64,000 nucleotides of DNA from Pristiophorus japonicus (lineage: Eukaryota). The notes beneath the pieces are model-generated. The model did no database searches. It saw nothing but the letters and a program-made list of their open reading frames with translations, and had not been told where the DNA came from. Both the position numbers and the translations under genes were made by a program. Location of the stretch: positions 232,128,001-232,192,000 of the forward strand of contig NC_091979.1 in assembly GCF_044704955.1 (NCBI RefSeq), read 5' to 3'. The stretch's first letter is position 1. The number at the start of each line of letters is the position of its first letter. Below, in pieces: positions 1 through 13,378 of the stretch.

Positions 1-330
1 GGACAGACAGTGGTTGAGGGAAGGGGTAGGTTTACTGCACACTCTTTCCGCTACCTGCGCTTGGTTTCTGCATGCTCTCGGCGATGAGACTCAAGGTGCT
101 CAGCACCATCCCGGATGCTCTTTCTCCACTTCGGGCGGTCTTGGGCCAGGGACTCCCAGGTGTCAGTGGGGATGTTGCACTTTTATCAGGGAGGCTTTGA
201 GGGTGTCCTTGTAATGTTTCTACTGCTCACCTCTGGCTCGTTTGCCGTGAAGGAGTTCTGAGTAGAATGCTTGCTCTAGGAGTCCGTGTTTTGCATGCGG
301 ACAATGTGGCCTGCCCAACGGAGCTGATCA
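1..330 (-). mobile_element. RTE-clade LINE, 3' ORF fragment
   Basis: Reverse strand reads, with frameshifts, DQLRWAGHIVRM...YSELLHGKRARG...YKDTLKASLIK.NIPTDTWESLAQDRPKWRK, a typical RTE C-terminus. Same family at 27183-27415. Confidence 0.75.
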
Positions 331-639
331 ACTGTCGCACCTAGCCACATCTCTCGTACATCTTGTAGCCCTTTCCGCACAGCGCAGCCACTGTTATAGA
401 GACAGTCGCAACAGGTGATTAGTGTCTAGGCTCACCTGTGGAACGAGACGTTGAGAGAGGTAGCAGCCGCTTCCTGTGTCCCAGCAGAGGGCAGCAAACA
501 TGATGATTGATTCAGGAGAACCCGTGCTTCCTTGTCTCACACAGGAGTCTGTTGCCCCTCCGTACAAAGCAGCAATCTCTCCAAATGACAGCCAAGCGTG
601 GGTCACAGAGCTAACCAACATTGTTTTCTTCCTCTCCAG

Positions 640-774
640 GTGTTTTTCCTCTCATCCCCTAGCAGCAGCCCTGTGTACTGCCTCCGATTTACTACCTCGC
701 ACCTCTACGCCGCCTTGGCCCACGCACTTTACACATTGGATTTCACCACCTCTGAACCACGGCACGAGAATTAA
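640..774 (+). CDS. FBXW4: FBXW4 (dactylin) terminal coding exon
   Basis: Acceptor ttttcttcctctccag|, phase 0. Reads VFFLSSPSSSPVYCLRFTTSHLYAALAHALYTLDFTTSEPRHEN*, matching the recalled FBXW4 C-terminus (SSPVYCLRLTTKHLYAALSYNLHVLDF). Syntenic with DPCD/POLL. Confidence 0.9.
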   Translation: MFFLSSPSSSPVYCLRFTTSHLYAALAHALYTLDFTTSEPRHEN

Positions 775-950
775 ACTGGTGGGCACCCAGAGCGGGCCGT
801 AACCTGGGGACCCCCAAACTGCACATCTGAAGCCAGCACATTGTCAATCGGTGCTTTAGAGACAGGAACCGTTCCTTCACACTTCCAACTCTGCCGTCCC
901 TTTAAGAATCATTTGTGTTATTTTTTAAAGAGGAAGAGTGCTTTATTTGC

Positions 951-956
951 AATAAA
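951..956 (+). terminator. Candidate FBXW4 poly(A) signal AATAAA (second at 1093-1098)
   Basis: AATAAA in an AT-rich 3'UTR ~180 nt after the stop, followed by U/GU-rich sequence. Confidence 0.6.
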
Positions 957-1103
957 TTTTATATAACTTGTGTATAAATGTTGCCGCGATCACTTGTAAT
1001 TTCTCCTCTTTAACTCGATTCCTATAACTAGCGTTACCTAGAGAAGCTGCTAAGGGCTGTAGCAATGTCCTGATGTTTGAAAGAAATTTTTAAATAAAGT
1101 TTA

Positions 1104-1692
1104 GGGCTGGATTTTTGATATGATGCCGCCACTGTTCATGCCCCGGAGGGGAGGGGGGTAATGGAGGTGGCAATGGTTTACGGGCAGTCGGCCGGCCAGC
1201 CAGCACCCAGCGTGCAATGAGTTGTTGGTTTTGTGGGGGCGCTGAGCGTGTGTTGAGCCGGCGTGCAATGCCATTGGTTTCGACTGCGTGGTGAAATTTG
1301 TTGTGCGCTGACCCTATAGCACCCCATGGTGGGACCAGGCGATCAGAGCTGTCCCGGCAACGGTGAGTGATGGAATTGGTGAATGAGGCAAGTTTGATTG
1401 TTTATGCGATGTCACTTATTGTGGGGTGTTTAATGTTTTGGGAATGCTTGTTGTGTTTTTAGGTACGATTTTTTTTTTTGCCACAGAATCCTCTCTCAGG
1501 GCGCTCCGAGGCCGGCTCTTTAATAACGGATTTTCAGTGGCTCAGCCGGCCTAGCACCCCAAAAGAGGTGCGCAACGCCTCTCTTAGCCCCAAACTCCGA
1601 GCCCAGCTGATGAATTTTGCTGACTGAGCATCAAACTGTTCCCAGGCACACACTTTACCGCCCCGAAATGAGCAGAACCGAAAATCCAGCCC
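1104..1692. mobile_element. MITE with GGGCTGGATTTT...AAAATCCAGCCC TIRs (PIF/Harbinger-like)
   Basis: Perfect 12-bp terminal inverted repeat; a related copy lies at 30100-30576. Confidence 0.75.
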
Positions 1693-2399
1693 AACTTGTA
1701 TTTCTGCAGGACAGACATCTCTGAAACATCCTACAGCGCTTCACCTGTCGTCACTGTTACCGTGTCGGCAAACACAGCAGCCGATTTGTGCATGACTAGA
1801 TAAACAACAGGTCGTACTCGTTTTCGGTGGTGTTGGTTGACTTGAGGAAGGAACGTTGGGCCCGGAGAACTCCCTGCTCTTTGAATCTGCCAGTGGGGTC
1901 TTTCAGAGGCCTTAACTGCCTGCTCAGAAGGGCAAAGCGGCTCTGACAATGCACAACTGCTCGGAGATGCTGATTGGTCTATGTCCCTGAGTTACGATGG
2001 GGTAAAAGAATCTGCCAGGGTTCCTGCCCCTGCTTGCTGTTCATTTGCCTGTTGTGAAAAGTGCAGAACTGATGATTGCTGGATATTGTCTGGGCTCAAG
2101 AATGGCCGCTTGGGTAAGTGTTGCAGGCATCTGTACCCCAGCATGAGTTAGATACAGAGTAAAGCTCTCTACACTGTCCCATCAAACATTATTCGGTGAG
2201 TTATTCAGTAAGCCTTTTCTGCTAACAATATACCTCAACTCTGTCCTTGGGAACACTTTTTCCTGTACCCGATATATTTCTGTTTACTGCTTTCCTGGAG
2301 TGGGACTGCCAGTTAGCTCAAGGCCACAGGTACTGTCATGCACCCATTCACTAGTAAGCAGGTCAAAATAATTCTAAACACATTTCAGACCCATACAAG

Positions 2400-4825
2400 C
2401 GGCAGAGTTGGTTAAAGAGGAAATTAACGCAATAGTAAGAAAGGATATTAGCTTGGATGATGTGGAATCTGTATGGGTAGAGCTGTGGAATACCAAAGGG
2501 CAGAAAACGCTCATGGGAGTTGTGTACAGATCACCAAACAGTAGTAGTGAGGTTGGGGATGGCATCAAACAGGAAATTAGGGATGCGTGCAATAAAGGTA
2601 CAGCAGTTATCATTGGGCGACTTCAATCTACATATAGATTGGGCTAACCAAGTTGGTAGCAACACGGTGGAGGACTTCCTGAAGTGTATAAGGGATGGCT
2701 TTCTAGAGCAATATGTCGAGGAACCAACTAGAGAGCTGGCCATCCTAGACTGGGTGTTGTATAATGAGAGAGGACTAATTAGTAATCTTGTTGTGTGAGG
2801 CTCCCTGAGGAAAAGTGACCATAATATGGTAGAATTCTTTATTAAGATGGAGAGTGACAGTGTTAATTCAGAGACTAGGGTCCTGAACTTAAGGAAAGGT
2901 AACTTCGATGGTTTCAGGCAGGGCAGGGAAAATAGAGTATGCGAGGAAGCTTGCAGGGAACATAAAAACTGACTGCAAAAGCTTCTATAGATATGTGAAG
3001 AGAAAAAGATTAGTGAAGACCAACATAGGTCCTTTGCAGTCAGAATCAGGTGAATTTATAATGGAGAACAAAGAAATGGCAGACCAATTGAACAAATACG
3101 TTGGATCTGTCTTCACTAAGGAAGACACAAATAACCTTCAGGAAATACTAGTGGTTCGAGAGTCTAGCGAAAAGGAGGAACTGAAGGAAATCCTTAGTCA
3201 GGAAATTGTGTTAGGGAAATTGATGGGATTGAAGGCCGATAAATCCCCAGGGTCTGATAGGCTATATCCCAGACTACTTAAGGAAGTGGCCCTAGAAATA
3301 ATGGATGCATTGGTGATCATTTTCCAACATTCTATTGACTCTGGATCAGTTCCTATGGACTGGAGGTTAGCTAATGTAACACCGCTTTTTAAAAAAGGAG
3401 GGAGAGAAAAAAACAGGGAATTATAGACCGGTTAGCCTGACATTGGTGGTGGGGAAAATGTTGGAATCAATTATTAAAGATGAAATAGCAGCGCATTTGG
3501 AAAGCAGTGACAGGATCGGTCCAAGTCAGCATGGATTTATGAAAGGGAAATCATGCTTGACAAATCTCCCCAGAATTTTTTGAGGATGTAACTAGTAGAG
3601 TGGACAAGGGAGAACTAGTGGATGTGGTGTATTTGGACTTTCAAAAGGCTTTTGACAAGGTCCCACACAAGAGATTAGTATGCAAAATTAAAGCACATGG
3701 TATTGGGGTAATGTACTGACGTGGATAGAGAACTAGTTGGCAGACAGGAAGCAGAGAGTCGGAATAAACGGATCCTTTTCAGAATGGCAGGCAGTGACCA
3801 GTGGGGTGCCGCAGGGTTCAGTGCTGGGACCCCAGCTATTTACAATATACATCAATGATTTAGATGAAGGAATTGAATGTAATATCTCCCAAGTTTGCAG
3901 AGGACACTAAGCTAGGTGGCGGTGTGAGCTGTGAGGAGGATACTAAGAGGCTGCGGGGTGACTTGGACAGGTTAGGTGAGTGGGCAAATGCATGGCAGAT
4001 GCAGTATAATGTGGATAAATGTGAGGTTATCCACTTTGGTGACAAAAACAGGAAGACAATATTATCTGAATGGTGGCAGATTAGGAAAAAGATGAGGTGC
4101 AACGAGACCTGGGTGTCATGGTACATCAGTCATTGAAGTTTGGCATGCAGGTACAGCAGGCGGTGAAGAAGGCAAATGGCATGTTGGCCTTCATAGCTAT
4201 AGAATTTGAGTATCGGAGCAGGGAGATCTTACTACAGTTGTACAGAGCCTTGGTGAGGCCACACCTGGAATATTGTGTTCAGTTTTGGTCTCCTAATCTG
4301 AGGAAGGACACTCTTGCTATTGAGGGAGTACAGCGAAGGTTCACAAGATTGATTCCCGGGATTGCAGGACTGACATATGAGGAGAGACTGGATCAACTGG
4401 GCTTGTAGCCATTGGAGTTTAGAAGAATGAGAGGGGATCTCATAGAAACGTATAAGATTCTGATGGGATTGGACAGGTTAGAGGCAGGAAGAATGTTCCA
4501 GATGTTGGGGAAGTCCAGAACCAGGGGACACAGTCTTAGGATAAGGGGTAGGCCATTTAGGACTGAGATGAGGAGAAACTTCTTCACTCAGAGAGTTGTT
4601 AACCTCTGGAATTCCCTGCCACAGAGAGTTGTTGATGCCAGTTCATTGGATATATTGAAGAGGGAGTTAGATGTGGCCCTTACGGCTAAAGGGATCAAAG
4701 GGTATGGAGAGAAAGCAGGAAAGGGGTACTGAGGGAATGATTAGCCATGATCTTATTGAATGGCGATGCAGGCTCAAAGGGCCGAATGGCCTACTCCTGC
4801 ACCTAGTTTCTATGCTTCTATGTGT
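2400..4825 (+). mobile_element. CR1 LINE, degenerate ORF2 (APE + RT) with ~0.3-kb internal deletion near 2910
   Basis: ORF pieces GDFNLHIDW, GKSCLTNL and [13 protein letters not shown]; CR1-type 3' tail. Deletion seen by comparison with the 36685 copy. Confidence 0.92.
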
Positions 4826-5334
4826 TCCCTTTAATTATTTTTTGGATGCATGGCCTCTTTAAGGGCCTGCGGGGCCCATTCACAATACTGCGCATGTACA
4901 ACAGTGATTGCACTTCAAAAGTACTTCATTGGCTGTAAAGCACTTTGGAACGTCCTGAGGTCATGAAAGACACTGTAGAAATTGCAAGTCTTTTTTCTTT
5001 CTTTACTAAACTTAAACGGCCAATCAAAAAATACAGACTGGATGTTACTCAACTGCAGACCATACTGTGTCCTCACAGCATGAACCTCCTGATTTAAATT
5101 AAAACAAAATATTTGAATTTATAGATGCACTGGAACTGGTGAGTGTTCAGCCACCTGATGACGGTAGGCAGGTGGATTAACGCCTTGTTTTCTCCCCTTC
5201 CTGTCCCAGACGCATTGACCCAGGCTGGGATACAGTGCATTCGCTCAGTCCCTTCACACTATCGAGCGAAGTAACTCTCCTGTCTCATCCCACTGATCCT
5301 CAGCACTACAAATAAATAATTGAGGAATAATCTA

Positions 5335-5750
5335 GTGTCTTTCATGATAACCCAAAGCGCTTTACAGCCAACAAAGTACTTTTTGAAAGTGTCGTCACTG
5401 TTGAATTGTAAGAAATGCAGCGGCCAATTTGCGCACAGCAAGCTCCCACAAACAGCAACGTGATCGTGACCAGATAATCTGTTTGTGATGTTGGTTGAGG
5501 GATAAATATTGGCCCAGGACACAGGGGAGAACTCCCTTGCTCTTCAAAATAGTGCCAGGGGATCTTTTACGTCCACCAGAAAGGGCAGACGGAGCCTCGG
5601 TTTAACAACTCATCCAAAAGACGGCACCTCCGACAGTGCAGCGCTCCCTCAGCACCGCACTGGAGTGTCGAGCTAGATTTTTGTGCTGGAGTCTCGAGTG
5701 GGACTTGAACCCACAACCTCCTGACTCAAAGATAAGAGTGCTACCACCGC
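5335..5750 (-). mobile_element. tRNA-derived Deu-type SINE (SacSINE1-like)
   Basis: B-box-like GGTTCAAGTCCC head on the minus strand, conserved body and L2-like tail; many copies in the window. Confidence 0.75.
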
Positions 5751-5809
5751 CCAAGCAGCCTGGAGGTGGCAAGATCACACATTGCAGGTTTAATATAAAT
5801 ACCGCGTAT

Positions 5810-5815
5810 TTTATT
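5810..5815 (-). terminator. Candidate DPCD poly(A) signal
   Basis: AATAAA on the minus strand ~255 nt after the DPCD stop. Confidence 0.65.
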
Positions 5816-6068
5816 GAGGTTCTGCAATTTACAGCGCGACTGGGATGGTGGTAGTATTCCCCTGCCCTCCAAAGCCAGCAAACGCCCTCTCTCCAGTTAG
5901 TTTAAGATCTAATTTTAAACCCCCCTCCCCACACTCACACCGTGTCACCCAGTACACTGGGATGTCCTGGGTCACCAGGCTTCATGTTTATCAGCACAGC
6001 TGTTGCTAGTGTTCAGCTCCTTCACACAAGGATTCTATGCTGGGGAGCCAGGCGACGAGCATTCAGAA

Positions 6069-6173
6069 TCACTGCGTTTTGCAGTCCACGTCTCCGTCAT
6101 CAGTCACCTTCATCTTCTTCAGCTCCTGCAACACCTCCTGTTCCAGCCGCAAGATTTCAGCCGGCTTTTGATA
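6069..6173 (-). CDS. DPCD: DPCD exon 6 (last)
   Basis: tttttttctccctcag|YQKPAEILRLEQEVLQELKKMKVTDDGDVDCKTQ*; the ending matches the human DCKTQ. Confidence 0.95.
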   Translation of the reverse strand, partial: YQKPAEILRLEQEVLQELKKMKVTDDGDVDCKTQ

Positions 6174-6471
6174 CTGAGGGAGAAAAAAATCCCTATTAAT
6201 GCATTTAAAAATCTTAACACCTCAATCTCTCCTGTGGCTTCTCCACTCCCAAGGTCTCTATTACAGCCCCTACCATCGCCAAACATTGCCTTATATCCCT
6301 CACCACCCACACCTCACTTTCCTTCTGCATCTACCCCAAAAAAAAACTTTCCCTCAAGTCACTGACAACTCCACTATCAAAATCCCAAATGGCCAGTCTT
6401 TGGCCCTCCAATTGCCGTGATAATTCTGCAGCTGTTGGTCAGCTGATCCACTAACCTCATCTCCACTTGTG

Positions 6472-6945
6472 ATACCTCCTGAGATGAAGGAGTTGTCTTA
6501 TGAAGAAAGGTTGAGCAGGTTGGGCCTATACACATTGGAGTTTAGAAGAATGAGAGTTGATCTTATTGAAATGTATAAAATTATGAGGGGAGCTCAACAG
6601 GGTAGATGCAGAGAGGATGTTTCCCCTTGTGGGGGAATCTAGAACTAGGGGCATAGCCTCAGAATAAGGGGTCGCCCATTTAAAATGGAGATGAGGAGGA
6701 ATTTCTTCTCGGAGGGTCGTGAATCTGGAATTCTCTGCCCCAGAGAGCTGTGGAGGCTGGGTCATTGAATAAATTCAATGCGAAGATAGATTGATTTTTG
6801 AATGATAGGGAAGTGAAGGGTTATGGGGACCGGGCGGGGAAGTGGAGTTGAGACCAAGATCAGATCAGCCATGATCTTATTGAATAGCGGAGCAGGCTCG
6901 AGGGGCCAGATGGCCTATTCCTGCTCCTTTTTCTCATGTTCTTAT
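6472..6945 (+). mobile_element. CR1 3' fragment inserted in an L2-like remnant (~6300-7030)
   Basis: LEFRRMRVDLIEMYKIM...WNSLPQRAVEA; tail followed by resumption of C-rich L2-like sequence. Confidence 0.8.
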
Positions 6946-7073
6946 ACCCTGGTCCCAGGCAAACCCTTATTCTCTCCCACCTGGTCATTCTCTCTGCGCT
7001 GACTCCACCTTCACTCCATCAAGTCCAAGGGGTGCAGTGTTGAGCATGCCCGACACACAACAGGTTTAAATCA

Positions 7074-7310
<237 letters not shown>

Positions 7311-7359
7311 TCAGTCTCAACAGCAGTCTCTTGGATTTATACAACCCCAATAACAGACT

Positions 7360-7740
7360 AAGAACAACTAACTTGCATTGAGTCGTGCCTTTCATGTTCA
7401 CAGGACATCCCAAAGCGCTTTACAGCCAATGGAGTACTTTTGGAGTGTAGTCACTGTTGTAATGTGGGAACTATGGCAGCCAAATTGCACACAGCAAGCT
7501 CCCACAAACAGCAATGTGATAATGACCAGATAATGTGTGTGATTTTGATTGAGGGATAAATATTGGCCAGGACACCAGGAAGAACTCTCCTGCTCTTCTT
7601 CAAATAGTGCCATGAGATCTTTTATATCCATCTGAGGGGGCAGACGGGGCCTCGGTTCAACGTCTCATCCGAAAGCATTCCTTCAGTACTGCACTGGAGT
7701 GTCAGATTAACATGTGCTCTCGTCTCTGGAGTGGAGCTCA
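7360..7740 (-). mobile_element. Deu-type SINE
   Basis: Homologous to 5335-5750. Confidence 0.75.
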
Positions 7741-7771
7741 TGGACTTTAGCATCACCAAGTTAGACGCTAT

Positions 7772-8170
7772 GGGGTACAAATTGCCCCCGACCAAAACGG
7801 GACGCTCCCACCCCGTTTTGGTGGTTTTTAACCGCAGCTGCGGTTCGGGTCGACTCTTTCGCGAAATTGCGCTCTTTGGGGTTTTTTTTGTTTTGATGCG
7901 GGAGTCGGTGTAAATGGGGGCGGTGACTACACCCGAGGGGCAAAAACACGGTGACAGCAATTAAGGGGCAGAAGTTGGGGGCGGGAATGGAGTCGCCGCC
8001 GTGATGATGTAATCACGGCACCATGGCTCTCCCCTTCACTTAAAGGGGAGAGCCTCTGCAATTTCAAAACTCTGGGCCACCAGGGAGGGTTTCGGCCAGG
8101 CCAGTGGCCTGGCACCCAAAAGGGGGCGCAGGGCTGCCAACATATTTGTCAGGCCAACCTGGCAGTCGGC
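7772..8170. mobile_element. Truncated Harbinger-like MITE end (GGGGTACAAATTG)
   Basis: TIR-like start resembling 55274; GC-rich body cut off by the CR1 at ~8175. Confidence 0.5.
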
Positions 8171-8174
8171 ACCA

Positions 8175-9905
8175 TGTGTTTTTGTAACTGGAAGGATGTT
8201 TCCAGTGGGGTTCCACAAGGCTCAGTACTCGGTCCCTTGCTTTTTGTCATATACATCAATGATTTAGACTTCAATGTAGGAGGAATGATTAAGAAGTTTG
8301 CAGACGATACAAAAATTGGTAGTGTGGTTAATAGTGAGGAAGAAAGCTGTAGACTGCGGGAAGATATCGACGGACTGGTCAGGTGGGCAGAAAAGTGGCA
8401 AGTGGAATTCAATCCGGAGAAGTGTGAGGTAATGCATTTGGGGAGGGCTAACACGGCAAGGGAATACACATTAAATGGTAGGACACAGACGTGTACAGGA
8501 ACAGAGGAACCTTGAAGTGCATGTCCACAGATCCCTGAAGGTGGCAGGACAGGTAGATAAGGTGGTTAAGAAGGCATACGGGATACTTTCCTTTACTGGC
8601 CGAAGCACAGAATACAAGGGCAGGGAGTTTATGCTAAAGCTGTATAAAACTCTAGTTAGGCCACAGCTAGAGTACTGTGTGCAGTTCTGGTCACCACATT
8701 ACAGGAAGGATGTGATTGCACTGAAGAGGGTGCAGAAATTTACAAGCCTGTTGCCAGGACTGGAGAATTTTAGCTATGAGGAAAGATTGGATAGGCTGGG
8801 GTTGTTTTCTTTGGAACAGAGGAAGCTGAGGGGAGACTTAATTGAGGTGTATAAAATTATGAGGGGCCTAGATAGGAAGGACCTGTTTCCCTTAGCAGAG
8901 GGAACAGCCACCAGGGGGCATAGATTTAAATGTAATTGGTAGAAGGATTAGAGGAGAGTTAAGGAGAACTTTTTTCACCCAGAGGGTGGTGGGGGTCTGG
9001 AACTCACTGCCTGAAAGGATGGTAGAGGCAGAAACCCTCACTTTTAAAAAGTACTTGGATGTGCATTTAAAGTGCCGTAACATACAAGGCTACGGACCAA
9101 GAGCTGGAAAGTGGGATTAGGCTAGATAGCTCTTTGTCAGCCGGCACGGACATAATGGGCCGAATGGCCTCCTTCTGTGCCATACATTTCTATGATTCCA
9201 TGACCCCCATGTGATGCCAATATTTAAAAAGGCATCGAGTGTGAACCAGGAAATTGCAGGCCCATTAGCTTGACTTGTGTGATAGGAAGGTTACTGGAAG
9301 GGATCATTAGTAGTGCATAGCATCACCACCTGACAGAGAAAGAGTTATTAAAGAGTCTCGGCGCGGCTTCAGGGAAACGTCATGTCTGACTAACCCGGTT
9401 GAATGTTTCGAGGAGGTGATGAGGTTGGTTGAGGTAGGAATCCCGGTTGATACTGTGTACCTTGATGTTCAAAAAATCATTTACTTTTTTTAAACATGTC
9501 ATTCAGGCTACTTGATGGCTCAATGGGGAAGTGCATTGAAAAGGCTGAGGGGGTGACCTAAAATGTTTTAAATTATGAAAGATTTTGATCGAGTGGATAG
9601 AGAGAGAGCGTTTCCACTTTTGGGGAAAAGCAAAACCAGAGGCCATCAATTTAAAGATAGTCAGCAAGAAATCCAATAGGGAATTCAGAAGAAACTTCTT
9701 GACTCAGATGTGGAACTCGCTACCACACGGATTGTTGAGGCAATTGGCACAGATGCATTCAAGGGGAAGCTAGATAAGCATATGAAGAGAAGGAAATAGA
9801 GGGTTATGCTGATAGTTTCACGAGGAAGGATGGGAGGAGGCTCGAGTGGAGCATAAAGGCTGGCATGGACTGGTTGGGAGATATGGCCTGTTTCTGTGCC
9901 ATATA
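8175..9905 (+). mobile_element. Cluster of CR1 fragments (8175-9200, ~9200-9500, ~9550-9905)
   Basis: [14 protein letters not shown]...FADDTK and [13 protein letters not shown]; several CR1 tails. Confidence 0.88.
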
Positions 9906-10206
9906 TCCTATATCTGGGCTCACACATGAAGGATGGACTAATGGGTGAGGCAGCGGGGAGAAGCCAGCACCCATGGGACCCATACCCCAGCAGGAGTCAG
10001 CACCAGAGAAGGGTTTGGGGGAATTGGGGGGGGGGGGGGGGGGAACCGACAGGAGAAAGCTCCCAAAAGAAAAACTACAAATGCTGTAAAACTAAAATAA
10101 AAACAGAAATTGCAGAAACATATAGCTGGTCTTCCTCGGGTGTGTGAAAGAGAAGAGACAGAGCCCGGGGGCACAGAAACTTCCATCAGCAACGTAAAAC
10201 GAATTA

Positions 10207-10371
<165 letters not shown>

Positions 10372-10397
10372 TTATAATTTTTAAAAGTAACCGGTGT

Positions 10398-10570
10398 CAG
10401 TGTTCCCGCTAAGGTGTGCGGCTGCGATATCACGCAGTAAACTGCGAGGTCCCACGCAGGCCGCCCGCCAGCTTGTACGTTGTAAGTGCCGCGTACACGC
10501 AGAAATCTTACGGGACCACGTGTTAATAGAAACACGTCGCAGAACAAAGCACAGCTAACAGGGAACATTG
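10398..10570. mobile_element. hAT-type MITE
   Basis: TIRs CAGTGTTCCC...GGGAACATTG; imperfect 8-bp TSD accggtgt/atcggtga. Confidence 0.75.
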
Positions 10571-10734
10571 ATCGGTGAACTTTATTACAATATATGTTTT
10601 AAATCGGGTGGGAGCTGGGTGGAAGTCAGAGAGCAGCATGTGTTAAACCCAATAAGGAGTGCGCACCCTTCCACCAAAGGGCCACCCACACTTAATGAAA
10701 TCTAGAGAATTTAGGCACAGTCATTTATGCTCCT

Positions 10735-11150
10735 AGTGTCAGCCGTGACTCAGTAGGTCGCACTCTCGCCTCTGAGTCAAAGACTTGAGCACATAAATCT
10801 AGGCTGACACTCCCAGTGAGGGAGCACCGCACTAATGGAGGTGCCGTCTTTTGGATGAGACGTTAAATCGAGGTCCCGTCTGCCCTCTTAGGTGGATGTA
10901 AAAGATCCCATTTTGAAGAAGAGCAGGGGAGTTCTCCTGTGTCCTGGGGCCAATATTTATCCCTCAATCAACAACAAAAACAGATTATCTGGTCATTATC
11001 ACATTGCTGTTTATGGGAGCTTGCTGTGTGCAAGTTGGGTACCGCATTTCCCACAGTACAACAGTGACGACATGCCAAAAAGTACTTCATTGGCTGTAAA
11101 GCACTTAGACATGAAAGGTGGACATGAAAGGCTATATAAATGCAAGTCTT
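10735..11150 (+). mobile_element. Deu-type SINE
   Basis: tRNA-like head gtgtcagccgtgactcagt, conserved body, tail aaggctatataaatgcaagtc. Confidence 0.78.
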
Positions 11151-11170
11151 ATTAGTTTAAACCCACTTAC

Positions 11171-11295
11171 ATTGCTGCTACTTTCTTGTATCAGTTGCTG
11201 CTCCAGGCCTCCGACTGCTCGAGAAAACGCTTCCCCCACCTCGAACTGCCACTGTCCAGGGGATCTCAGTGTATTCTTCTGCTTCCACTTTCTAA
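11171..11295 (-). CDS. DPCD: DPCD exon 3
   Basis: ttgtag|(V)RKWKQKNTLRSPGQWQFEVGEAFSRAVGGLEQQLIQESSSN|gtaagt; 125 nt. Confidence 0.95.
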
Positions 11296-11599
11296 CTACA
11301 AAGCAGAGAAGATTCTCAATGTGATCGGTATGTGAACCAACAAATACAATCCAGCATGCAACAAACTGAGGAAACCTGTATTCTGTTCAAAATTTAACAG
11401 TGAAAACATGCCCTTGTATTTATAGGCTTATAACTCACACGTGACATGGCCAGGTTCATTATCCTAGATTTCCACTGCTCACACAGCAGACAGCTATTCA
11501 GAGAAGCTGAATTTGTTGTCTGAATTTGCTCCTGAATTGAACAGGACCAAAATGGAAGGCACTGCCCTAGAGCAGGCAAGGAACAGCAGCAGTATATAC

Positions 11600-13075
11600 T
11601 GAGGAGGTCCCAGCAGATTTGAAAACTGCAAATGTAACACCCCTATTTAAAAAATGAGGCAGACAAAAAGCAGCAAACTATAGATCAGTTAGCCTAACAT
11701 CTGTGGTTGGGAAGATGTTGGAGTCCATTATTAAAGAAGCAGTAGCAGGACATTTGGAAAAGCAAAATTCGGTCAGGCAGAGTCAGCATGGATTTATGAA
11801 GGGGAAGTCATGTTTGACAAATTTGTTGGAGTTCTTTGAGGATGAAATAAACATGATGGTTAAAGGGGAACCAGTGTATGTGGTGTATTTGGACTTCCAG
11901 AAGGCATTTGACAAGATGCCACATAAAAGGTTACTGCACAATATAAAAGTTCACGGGTTTGGAGGAAATATATTAGCATGGATAGAGGATTGGCTAACTA
12001 ACAGAACAGAGAGTCGGGATAAATGGTTCATTCTCTGGTTGGAAACCAGTAACTAGTTGGGTGCTGCAAGGATCAGTCTGGGACCCCAACTATTTACAAT
12101 CTATATTAACGATTTGGAAGGAGGGACTGAATGTAACGTCGGCAAGTTTGCTGACGATACAAAGATGGGGGGAAAAGCAATGTGTGAGGAGGACACAAAA
12201 AATCTGCAAAAGGACATAGACAGGCTAAGTGAGTGGGCAAGAATTTTGCAGATGGAGTATAATGTCGGAAGGTGTGAGGTCATGCACTTTGGCAGAAAAA
12301 AAATCAAAGAGCAAGTTGCTATTTAAATGGAAAAGATTGCAAAGTGCTGCAGTACAGCGGGACCTGGGGGTACTTGTACATGAAACACAAAAGGATAGTA
12401 TGCAGGTACAGCAAGTGATCAGGAAGGCCAATGGTATCTTGGCCTTTATTGCAAAGGGGATAGAGTATAAAAGCAAGGAAGTCTTGTTACAGCTGTACAA
12501 GGTATTGGTGAGGCCACACCTGGAATACTGCGTGCAGTTTTGGTTTCCATATTTACGAAAGGATATGCTTACTTTGGAGGCAGTTCAGAGAAGGTTCACT
12601 AGGTTGATTCCGGGGATGAGCGGGTTGACTTATGAGGAAAGGTTCAGTAGGTTGGGCCTATCTATACACATTGGAATTCAGAAGAATGATAGGTGATCTT
12701 ATCGAAACGTATAAGATTATGAGGGGGCTTGACAAGGTAGATGCAGAGAGGATGTTTCCACTGATGGGGGAGACGAGAACTAGAGGCCGTGATCTTAGAA
12801 TAAGGGGCCGCCCATTTAAAACAGATGAGGAAGAATTTCTCCTCTGAGGGTTGTAAATCTGTGGAATTTGCTGCCTCAGAGAGCTGTGGAAGCTGGAACA
12901 TTGAATACATTTAAGACAGAAATAGACAGTTTCTTAAACAATAAGGGGTTATGGGAAGCGGGCGGGGAAGTGGAGCTGAGTCCATGATCAGATCAGCCGT
13001 GATCTTATTGAATGGCGGAGCAGGCTCAAGGGGCCGTATGGCCTATTCCTGTTCCTATTTCTTATATTCTTATGA
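11600..13075 (+). mobile_element. CR1 LINE, RT + 3' end, frameshifted
   Basis: QHGFMKGKSCLTNLLEFFE, YLDFQKAFDK and FADDTK motifs. Confidence 0.92.
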
Positions 13076-13229
13076 GACGGTAACAGCCTGTGCAGCCCTG
13101 CTCCAGTAACCACAACTACACCGGAATAAATGGTGCAGACACGTTACTGATGTGTCACCGAGCCATACAGAAGATGGCAGCTGTGATACATAGTCTGTAC
13201 TGAATTTAATAACCTGTGGTATACCTAAC

Positions 13230-13378
13230 TTAGCCGTGTTTGATGGGACAGTGTAGAGGGAGCTTTACTCTGTATCTAAGCCGTGCTGTACCTGCCCTGG
13301 GAGTGTTTGATGAGACAGTGTAGAGGGAGCTTTACTCTGTATCTAACCCCGTGCTGTACCTGCCCTGGGAGTGTTTGT
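13230..13378 (+). repeat. ~67-bp tandem unit (gtgtttgatg(g/a)gacagtgtagagggagctttactctgtatctaa...) x2
   Basis: Direct repeat; the same motif recurs at 52737-52835 and, inverted, at ~2140-2190. Confidence 0.75.

Noticed and set aside
476-802. 108-aa ORF in the ORF track
   Set aside because: Wrong frame; the FBXW4-like exon is 640-774 in another frame.
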